Below, in pieces: positions 56,927-64,000 of a stretch of 64,000 nt of DNA. Origin of the DNA: Candidatus Methylomirabilia bacterium (GTDB lineage: Bacteria > Methylomirabilota > Methylomirabilia > Rokubacteriales > CSP1-6); contig JBGQEL010000007.1 of assembly GCA_041496385.1 (NCBI GenBank), forward strand, positions 23,799 to 87,798, in the 5' to 3' direction. Below the pieces are notes generated by a model that did no database searches, was not told where the DNA came from, and saw only the letters and a program-made list of their open reading frames with translations. Numbering within the stretch: the stretch's first letter is position 1; each line of letters starts with the position of its first letter. The translations under genes were made by a program, and so were the position numbers.

Positions 56927-57633
56927 GCGCGCCCCTGCTGGAGCTTCGTGACGTCCACGCCTACTATGGACGGAGCCACGTGCTGCACGGCGTGGGCCTG
57001 ACGGCGCGGGAGGGCGAGGTGGTCTCCCTTCTCGGCCGGAACGGCGCCGGCAAGTCGACGACGCTGAAGGCGATCGTGGGCCTGGTCGACGTGACGCGGG
57101 GCGAGGTCTTGTACGACGGACGTCCGCTGCGCGGGCTCGCGACCCACGCGATCGCGCGACTCGGCGTCGGGTTCGTCCCCGAGGACCGGAGGATCTTTGG
57201 CGATCTGACGGTCCTCGAAAACCTGCGCGTCGGCGAGCCGGAGCGCCGGGGCGGACGCGCGTGGAGCGTGGAGCGCGTCTTCGGCCTGTTTCCGAAGCTC
57301 CGCGAGCTCGCCCGGCGGCGCGGCGGGAGCCTCTCGGGAGGTGAGCAGCAGATGCTGACGATCGCGCGGACGCTTCTAACGGAGCCGCGGCTCCTGCTGC
57401 TCGACGAGCCCTCCGAGGGGCTGGCGCCCGTCGTCGTCAGGGCGCTCGGGGAAAACATCGCGGCGCTCAAGCGCGACGGACTGACGATTCTCTTGTCCGA
57501 GCAGAACCTGAAGTTCGCGCGGCGCCTCGCGGACCGCGCGTACATCATCGAGAAGGGACAGATCAAGTTCGAGGGCCCGTTCGCGCGGCTGGACGCGGAC
57601 GAGTCGATCAGGAGGGCGTACCTCAGCGTATGA
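56923..57633 (+). CDS. ABC ATP-binding protein (LivF-like)
   Basis: GRNGAGKST, LSGGEQQML, DEPSEGLAP. Confidence 0.93.
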   Translation: MSAPLLELRDVHAYYGRSHVLHGVGLTAREGEVVSLLGRNGAGKSTTLKAIVGLVDVTRGEVLYDGRPLRGLATHAIARLGVGFVPEDRRIFGDLTVLENLRVGEPERRGGRAWSVERVFGLFPKLRELARRRGGSLSGGEQQMLTIARTLLTEPRLLLLDEPSEGLAPVVVRALGENIAALKRDGLTILLSEQNLKFARRLADRAYIIEKGQIKFEGPFARLDADESIRRAYLSV

Positions 57634-58805
57634 AGACACTCGTCCGCAACATCGGAGCGCTGGTGAGCGGCGACATCCGACGGCCGATGCTCGACGCCGA
57701 CTCGCTCGTGATCGAGGACGGAAGGATCGCCGGCATCGGCCGCGGCCTCGACACGGATGCGGAGACGGTGATCGACGCCAGGGGGACCACGGTGATGCCC
57801 GGCCTCATCGACTCCCACGTCCATCCCGTCTTCGGCGACTTCACGCCACGCCAGCGGACGGTGGACTTCATCGACTCCGCGCTGAACGGCGGTGTGACCA
57901 GCGCGATCTCGGCCGGTGAGGTGCATCTCCCGGGGCGGCCGAGGGACGTCGTAGGACTGAAGGCGCTGGCGATCGTGGCCGCCAAGGCCTGGGCGAACTT
58001 CAGGCCCGGCGGCGTCAAGGTCCGCGCGGGGGCGCCCATCCTCGAGCTCGGCATGGTCGAGCAGGACTTCGCCGACATGGCGGCCGCCGGCGTCACGCTC
58101 GTGGGCGAGATCGGGCTCGGCTCGGTGAAGACGGGCAAGGACGCGGCCCCGATGGTGCGCTGGGCGAAGAAGCACGGCATGACCGTCACGATCCACACCG
58201 GCGGTCCCTCGATCGCGGGCTCCAGCCCGATCAGCGCCGACGTCGTGCTCGAGGCCGCCCCCGACGTCGTCGGCCACATCAACGGCGGGACGACCTCGAT
58301 GACGACCGCCGAGATCGAGCAGCTCGTCGCGACGGAGATGGCGCTCGAGATCGTCCAGTGCGGCAACATGAAGACCGCGCTGCACACCCTGCGCGTCGCG
58401 ACGGACGCGCGCGCGACCCACCGGATCATCGTGGGCAACGACGCGCCCTCGGGCACGGGCGTCATCCCGCTCGGGGTGCTGCGAACGCTGACGCTCCTCG
58501 CCGGCCTCGGCGGCATGCCGCCCGCGGAGGCGATCGCCTGCGCCACCGGCAACACGGCGCGCGTCTACAAGCTCGACACGGGCGTGATCGCCCCGGGGCG
58601 GGCGGCGGATCTCGTCGTCTGCGATGCGCCGACGGGCTCGATCGCCGGGGACGCGCTCGGAGCGCTCGTCGCGGGCGACCTGCCCGGCATCTCGATGGTC
58701 CTCATCGACGGCCGGATCACGATCGGCCGGAGCCGCAACACGCCACCCGCGGCGCGTGCCGCCGACGTGATCAAAGGCCTCGGCCCCGCCGGGAGCGGCC
58801 ACTAA
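57630..58805 (+). CDS. Enamidase-like amidohydrolase (nicotinate catabolism)
   Basis: DSHVH..GDFTPRQ, HTGGPSI, HINGG, GNDAPSGTG and SRNTPPA closely follow Eubacterium barkeri enamidase as I recall it. Confidence 0.88.
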   Translation: MKTLVRNIGALVSGDIRRPMLDADSLVIEDGRIAGIGRGLDTDAETVIDARGTTVMPGLIDSHVHPVFGDFTPRQRTVDFIDSALNGGVTSAISAGEVHLPGRPRDVVGLKALAIVAAKAWANFRPGGVKVRAGAPILELGMVEQDFADMAAAGVTLVGEIGLGSVKTGKDAAPMVRWAKKHGMTVTIHTGGPSIAGSSPISADVVLEAAPDVVGHINGGTTSMTTAEIEQLVATEMALEIVQCGNMKTALHTLRVATDARATHRIIVGNDAPSGTGVIPLGVLRTLTLLAGLGGMPPAEAIACATGNTARVYKLDTGVIAPGRAADLVVCDAPTGSIAGDALGALVAGDLPGISMVLIDGRITIGRSRNTPPAARAADVIKGLGPAGSGH

Positions 58806-58971
58806 GTGGTCGGGGCCGGCGGGCGCGCGCGGCAGGGGTCGACGAGACCACGCGGCACGCGTGCGCTTCCCCGTTGCGGCTGGGCTCCATCCGGGCACAT
58901 CTCACCCGTCGCCGCGCCGGCGGGAACGGGTCCTGTCGACCCCAGCCGCACACACCCGCCGGCCCGGCCGC
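58806..58971. repeat. 166-nt element with about 37-bp imperfect inverted repeats
   Basis: Arms 58806-58843 and 58935-58971. Confidence 0.75.
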
Positions 58972-59011
58972 GTGGTGGCCGCTCCCACGAGCGCGTGCGG
59001 AGGGAACCGGC

Positions 59012-60259
59012 ATGAACATCCTGCCGGTGCGGGGCTATCGCTTCGGACGCGGGACGGGACGCGACGTGTCGCGCGTGGTCGCGCCGCCCTACGATCAGAT
59101 CAGCGCGGCGATGCAGGCCGAGCTCTACGAGCTCTCCCCCTGGAACGTCGTCCGCATCTCGTATCCGCGTGACGAACCGGGCGCCGACAAGTATCGGACA
59201 GCGCGGACCACGCTCGACACCTGGCTCGCCGAGGGCGTCTGGGAGGCGGAGACGGCCCCCGCGATCTACCCCTACCAGCAGACGTACGTGATCCACGGCC
59301 GGACGGTGACGCGCACGGGGTTCATCGCGCTCGGCGAGGTGAGCGACTACGCTCAGCGCACGGTGCTCCCCCACGAGCGCACGCACGCCGGGCCCAAGCG
59401 CGACCGCATGCAGCTCCTCGAGGCGACGGGCGCCGACGTCGGGCTCCTCTTCATGCTCGTGGGCGACCCCGCGGGTGACCTCCGCGCGCTCACCGGGCCC
59501 GACGGCGAGCCGATCGCCGAGGCGCGGGACCTCAAGGGGGAGCAGCACCGACTCTGGCGCCTCACCGACGCCGCGGCGATCGCGCGCGTGCAGGCGCTGA
59601 TGGCGCAGCGCCCCGTGATCATCGCCGACGGCCACCACCGGTACGAGACCGCCGTGGAGTACGCGCGGCGCCATGAGGAGGCACGCCACAAGCTCATGGC
59701 GTTCTTCGCGCTCGAGGCGCCGGGACTCACGATCCTGGCCAATCATCGACTCGTCTCGAACGTGGAGAACTTCGACTTCGAGGACCTCATAGACGTCGCG
59801 ACGCGCTGGTTCGAGCCCGCGCCGCTCGACGATCCGCCCGGCTTCCGTCCCGACAACCGGACGATCGGCGTGGTCGCCGGGGCCGATGCCGCGGTGCTGC
59901 GCCTGCGCCCGGACCGATTCGACTGGATCAAGTGGCCTGAGGCGACCTCGCGCGCCTGGCGCGAGCTCGCGGTGTCCATCCTTCACGAGGGCGTCCTCCG
60001 GCCCCTCCTCGGCATCACGAGCGAGAAGCTCGACGCGCGGACCCACGTGGACTACACGGCGGATCAGGCGGAGGCGATCCGGGCCGCGCGCGAGGGCAAG
60101 TGTCAGGCGGCGTTCCTGATCGCGCCGACGACGCCCGGGGAGCTCCAGGCCGTGGTCGCCGGCGGCGAGCTGCTCCCGCAGAAGTCGACGCACTTTTATC
60201 CGAAGCTCCTGGACGGGCTCGTGTTCCACCGGTTCGACGCGCGGACCCCGCGATCATGA
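59012..60259 (+). CDS. DUF1015 family protein
   Basis: [34 protein letters not shown]. Confidence 0.92.
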   Translation: MNILPVRGYRFGRGTGRDVSRVVAPPYDQISAAMQAELYELSPWNVVRISYPRDEPGADKYRTARTTLDTWLAEGVWEAETAPAIYPYQQTYVIHGRTVTRTGFIALGEVSDYAQRTVLPHERTHAGPKRDRMQLLEATGADVGLLFMLVGDPAGDLRALTGPDGEPIAEARDLKGEQHRLWRLTDAAAIARVQALMAQRPVIIADGHHRYETAVEYARRHEEARHKLMAFFALEAPGLTILANHRLVSNVENFDFEDLIDVATRWFEPAPLDDPPGFRPDNRTIGVVAGADAAVLRLRPDRFDWIKWPEATSRAWRELAVSILHEGVLRPLLGITSEKLDARTHVDYTADQAEAIRAAREGKCQAAFLIAPTTPGELQAVVAGGELLPQKSTHFYPKLLDGLVFHRFDARTPRS

Positions 60260-60651
60260 CGACCCGCCGGAACATCTCGAGCGGCGCGCCCTGGGAGCCC
60301 GTGGTCGGCTACTCACGGGCCGTGCGGGTCGGCCCGTACGTCCACGTGTCCGGCACGACCGCCACGGACGAGCGCGGCGCGTTCGTCGGGATCGGCGACG
60401 CCTACGCACAGGCGCGCCAGGCGCTCCGGAACATCGAGCGCGCGCTGGTCGCCGCCGGTGCGCGGCTCGAGGACGTGGTCCGGACGCGCATCTACGTCAC
60501 CGACATCGCGGACTGGGAGCAGGTCGGGCGCGCCCACGGGGAGATCTTCGGCACGATCCGACCCGCCTGCACGCTCGTCGCGGTCACGCGTCTCGTCGCG
60601 CCCGAACTGCTCGTCGAGATCGAGGCCGACGCCTGCGTCGGCGAGGCGTGA
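60256..60651 (+). CDS. RidA family protein
   Basis: [27 protein letters not shown]. Confidence 0.92.
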   Translation: MTTRRNISSGAPWEPVVGYSRAVRVGPYVHVSGTTATDERGAFVGIGDAYAQARQALRNIERALVAAGARLEDVVRTRIYVTDIADWEQVGRAHGEIFGTIRPACTLVAVTRLVAPELLVEIEADACVGEA

Positions 60652-61814
60652 GCGCGCCCACCCGCCGGGCACTCCTGAGGGGCGCCGGCATCGTGGCCGC
60701 GCTCGCCCCCGCCGGGGTGATGTGGCGCGCGTGGGACCAGGGGCTCCTCGATGCGGCGCGCGGGCCGGCGTACGATCCCTGGGTCGTGTGGCGGCCTTCG
60801 GCGGGCGAGGGACCGCGGGGCCTGGTGCGGGCGGCGATCCTGGCCGCGAACCCCCACAACATCCAGCCGTGGCGCTTCCGCGTCGCGCAGGACCGCGTGG
60901 ACCTCTTCGACGACACCACGCGGTCCATCGGCGCGATCGATCCCTACCGCCGCGAGGTGCACGTCGGGCTCGGCTGCGCGCTCGAGAATCTCCTGCTCGC
61001 CGCCCGCGCGCAGGGGTATCACGCGCGCCCGACGCTCCTGCCCGACGCCGCCAACGCGTCGCACGTCGCGCGCGTCCTGCTCTCCCCGGCGCCGCCGGCA
61101 GGGTCCGATCTCTACGACGCGATTCCCGGGCGCCACACCAACCGGGGACCATACGACGGCCGCCCGGTCGCGCCCGACGTCCTGCGCGCCCTCGAGGCGC
61201 TCGCCGGCGCGGAGCCGGAGGTTGCCCTCGCCTGGTACACGAGCGCGGCGGACCGCCGCCGCGTGGGCGAGCTCGTCGTCCAGGCCGCCGAGGCGATCGT
61301 CGGTGACGAGGCGCAGGCTCGGGACAGCGGCCGGTGGCTGCGCGCCGCGTGGCGGGACATTCAACGCCACCGCGACGGCATCACCGTGGACGCCCAGGGG
61401 ATGCCGCTGCTCACGTCGACCGTCGCGAAGCTGCTGCCCGCGCTGCCGCAGCGTTTGAGCGACAGCGCCTGGCTCGGCGCGACGCGCGACGTTCACGTTG
61501 CCACCGCCGCGGCGTTCGGGATTATCCTGGTGCACGACGCGCGCAGCCCCGGCCAGCGGATCGCCGGCGGGCGCGTCTGGGAGCGCATGCATCTCTGGGC
61601 CACGCTCCGCGGGCTCGCGATGCAGCCGCTGAACCAGATACTCGAGCGCGCCGACCGGGAGGAGAGCCTGGGGATCACTCCACGCTTCGGGGCCGCCGCC
61701 GCGGAGCTCGTCGGCCGGGGCGGATGGCAGGCGCTCATGCCGTTCAGGCTCGGCTATCCGACTCGAGACGCGCGGCCCAGCCCGCGCCGCGCCCTCTCGA
61801 GCGTGCTGGGCTGA
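60648..61814 (+). CDS. Acg-type nitroreductase-fold protein with a Tat-like signal
   Basis: [32 protein letters not shown]...PSPRR. Confidence 0.85.
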   Translation: MSAPTRRALLRGAGIVAALAPAGVMWRAWDQGLLDAARGPAYDPWVVWRPSAGEGPRGLVRAAILAANPHNIQPWRFRVAQDRVDLFDDTTRSIGAIDPYRREVHVGLGCALENLLLAARAQGYHARPTLLPDAANASHVARVLLSPAPPAGSDLYDAIPGRHTNRGPYDGRPVAPDVLRALEALAGAEPEVALAWYTSAADRRRVGELVVQAAEAIVGDEAQARDSGRWLRAAWRDIQRHRDGITVDAQGMPLLTSTVAKLLPALPQRLSDSAWLGATRDVHVATAAAFGIILVHDARSPGQRIAGGRVWERMHLWATLRGLAMQPLNQILERADREESLGITPRFGAAAAELVGRGGWQALMPFRLGYPTRDARPSPRRALSSVLG

Positions 61815-61837
61815 GCGAGACAGGAGAGACGCACATT

Positions 61838-62407
61838 GTGAACATCCGGAAGCTCGTGACCGTCGTGGAAGAGATCATGACCGATGGCGGCCGCCCGGCG
61901 AGGCGCCCCCTGCGAAAGGTCGCCGCGGTGGCCGTCATCGAGAACCCCTTCGCGGGGAGGTTCGTCGAGGATCTGGGCCCGCTGATCGACGCGGGCGAGG
62001 AGCTCGGCGCGTTGCTCGCGAAGAAGGCCACCGAGGCGCTCGGCGCCCCCGCCGAGTCCTTCGGGAAGGCCGCGATCGTCGGCGAGCGCGGGGAGTACGA
62101 GCACGCGGCCGCGCTTCTCCATCCCAAGCTCGGCGCGCCCTTGCGCGCCGCGCTCGGCGGCGGCAAGGCCATCATCCCGTCGGCGAAGAAGCTCGGTGGC
62201 CCGGGCACGACCATCGACGTGCCGCTCCACTTCAAGGACGCGGCGTTCGTCCGCACCCACTACGACGCCATGGAGGTGCGCCTCGGCGACGCGCCGCGCG
62301 CCGACGAGATCCTGCTCGCGATCGCCGTGACCGACGGCGGCCGGCCCCACCCGCGGGTCGGCGGGCTCACGAAGGACGAGGCGAAGAAGGAGGACGGCCT
62401 GCGATGA
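61838..62407 (+). CDS. Amino acid synthesis family protein (DUF1185)
   Basis: AVIENPFAGRF, FGKAAIVG..GEYEH, DVPLH.KD, DAPRADE. Confidence 0.9.
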   Translation: MNIRKLVTVVEEIMTDGGRPARRPLRKVAAVAVIENPFAGRFVEDLGPLIDAGEELGALLAKKATEALGAPAESFGKAAIVGERGEYEHAAALLHPKLGAPLRAALGGGKAIIPSAKKLGGPGTTIDVPLHFKDAAFVRTHYDAMEVRLGDAPRADEILLAIAVTDGGRPHPRVGGLTKDEAKKEDGLR

Positions 62408-63393
62408 GGTACGGGCTCCGCATTCCCTCGTTCGCCCTGGGACCCAAGACGGCGACGCTCGACGCGATGGGGCGCTATCTCCGTCGCGCCGAGGACCTCG
62501 GCTTCGACTGTGCCGTGTCCATCGACCACCTCCTGCTGACGCCGCCCGCCTACGCCTGCACCTGGCTCGAGCCGATCTCGCTCCTCTCGGCCCTGGCCGG
62601 CGTCACGCGCACCATGAAGCTCGGGACGATGGTGCTCGTCCTGCCGCTCCGGAATCCCGTGTACTTCGCCAAGGAGTGGGCGACGCTCGACCTGCTCTCG
62701 GGCGGGCGCTCGATCCTTGGGATCGGCGTCGGCTGGCACGAGGAGGAATTCGCGCTCATGGGCGTGCCCCACAAGGAGCGCGGCCCGCGGATGAACGAGG
62801 CGATCGAGGCCGTGAAGGCGCTCTGGGCCGGCGACGACGTGACCTACGAGGGCCAATACTACCGCTTCCGGAACCTGACGATCGACCCCAAGCCGGCGCA
62901 GCGGCCGCACCCGCCCATCTGGATCGGCGGGGGCACCCAGCCGTCGGAGAAGGTCTACGCGCAGACCGTGACGAACATCGACCCGGTGCTCCGGCGCATC
63001 GCGAAGTACGCCGACACGTGGGTGCCGCACTCCTCGGCGACGCCCGAGATGGTGAAGGGCGACTGGGAAAAGGTCCAGCGCTTTGCGGCCGGTGTCGGGC
63101 GCGACCCGAGGAAGATCGGGCGGGTCTATTCGAATTTCGTCTGGGTGCTGAAGAAAGGGGAGAAGCCCGAGTCGGCGATCCCGCGGTTCTCGGTCTACTC
63201 GGGCATGGATCTCGACTACTGGAAGACGTACTACCTGCTCGGCGAGGCCGAGGAGATCGCCGAGCGGATCAGCGCGAGGATCGTCGCCCTCGACAGCGGC
63301 GTCGACACGATCGTGCTGAACCCGCTCGACTGGGGGCTCGAGCAGCTCGAGCTGCTCGCGGGCGAGGTCCTGCCGCGGGTGAAGACGTCCTGA
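62404..63393 (+). CDS. LLM-class flavin-dependent oxidoreductase
   Basis: DHLL, ATLDLLSGGR, GVGWHEEEF, PKPAQRPHPPIWIGG. Confidence 0.9.
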   Translation: MRYGLRIPSFALGPKTATLDAMGRYLRRAEDLGFDCAVSIDHLLLTPPAYACTWLEPISLLSALAGVTRTMKLGTMVLVLPLRNPVYFAKEWATLDLLSGGRSILGIGVGWHEEEFALMGVPHKERGPRMNEAIEAVKALWAGDDVTYEGQYYRFRNLTIDPKPAQRPHPPIWIGGGTQPSEKVYAQTVTNIDPVLRRIAKYADTWVPHSSATPEMVKGDWEKVQRFAAGVGRDPRKIGRVYSNFVWVLKKGEKPESAIPRFSVYSGMDLDYWKTYYLLGEAEEIAERISARIVALDSGVDTIVLNPLDWGLEQLELLAGEVLPRVKTS

Positions 63394-64000
63394 GTGCGGG
63401 GGGCTATCGCGCGATCGGAGCGCTGTATCACGCCTACCTCACGGGGCTGATCCTCACCACGGTGACCCGGCGCGACCGCCAGGCGGCGGCCGAGCTCGTC
63501 TTCCGGATCTTCCGGCGCCAGCACCTCGAGAAGTTCCTCCCCGGGCTCGCCAAGCTCGGGCTGACCGGGCTCCCGCACGCCGTGGCGTGCGCCCAGTATC
63601 ACTACCTGTCGAACCTCCTCGGCGGCGTCCGCGTCGAATACATGTACGAATCCGACAGGAAGGCGTGGGTGCGCTACGTGCCACCGCGCTGGATCTGGGA
63701 GGGCACCGCGATCTGCGCGGTGCCGAGCGAGGTCTCGCGCGCGATGCTCCGCGCCTGGCACGCCCACAACGGCGTGTCGCTCGGCAACCCCCGGCTCGGC
63801 TTCGTCTGCACGGGCCAGACGACCGACGGCCAGCCGGGTCTCGAGGGGTACTACCTGGAACACGATCGAGACCTCGCGCCGGAGGAGCGGCTGAGATTCG
63901 CGCCGGGCGAGGAGAGCCCGGAGTTCGACCCGGCGCGCGCGCCGCGGGTCGACGGCGCCGACTGGCCCGCGGAGCGCCTCGCGAAGGTCGGGCGGAACTA
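63390..64000 (+). CDS. Hypothetical protein, 3'-truncated; probable CTG start
   Basis: Open frame SAGGYRAIGALYHAYLTGL...FRRQHLEKFLPGL...PPRWIWEG...WHAHNGVSLGNPRLGFVCT running to the window end. Confidence 0.75.
   Translation, partial: MSAGGYRAIGALYHAYLTGLILTTVTRRDRQAAAELVFRIFRRQHLEKFLPGLAKLGLTGLPHAVACAQYHYLSNLLGGVRVEYMYESDRKAWVRYVPPRWIWEGTAICAVPSEVSRAMLRAWHAHNGVSLGNPRLGFVCTGQTTDGQPGLEGYYLEHDRDLAPEERLRFAPGEESPEFDPARAPRVDGADWPAERLAKVGRN

Noticed and set aside
1..64000. CRISPR arrays, tRNA/rRNA, IS elements, integrases, prophage or defence genes
   Set aside because: No regularly spaced repeats, RNA-gene signatures or transposase/integrase motifs seen by eye; tRNAscan and Infernal were not run

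Overview
Very GC-rich, densely coding bacterial chromosome segment with about 70 genes. I found no rRNA, tRNA, CRISPR array, transposase or phage genes. The gene repertoire (many LLM/F420-type oxidoreductases, branched-chain ABC transporters, GAF/PAS sensors) is reminiscent of Methylomirabilota/Rokubacteria-like soil bacteria, but that is inference only. Roughly 1-23 kb is housekeeping and envelope (bEBP, MFS, DksA-like, PlsC, IlvA, UdgB, HtrA, M16 pair, citrate synthase, DapF-like, LOG). Roughly 23-64 kb is catabolic and signalling. Most notable: (i) a divergent pair of sigma-54 promoters driving three tandem GAF-GGDEF paralogs (one degenerate, none with an RxxD I-site) on one side and an unknown 499-aa protein with an apparently inactive NucS-like domain and a duplicated WRKFL motif on the other; (ii) a CADD-like diiron enzyme lacking the pABA self-sacrifice residues, in an operon with a Rieske ferredoxin and GlcG; (iii) a DapF with both catalytic Cys replaced by Ser; (iv) a 1049-aa XRE-HTH/PAS/GAF one-component sensor divergent from a cupin-LigAB-amidase-F420 operon; (v) two in-frame deletion scars; (vi) repeated ATC/CTG start codons and leaderless promoters; (vii) two long intergenic inverted repeats. 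All family calls come from motif recognition by eye, not from database searches.
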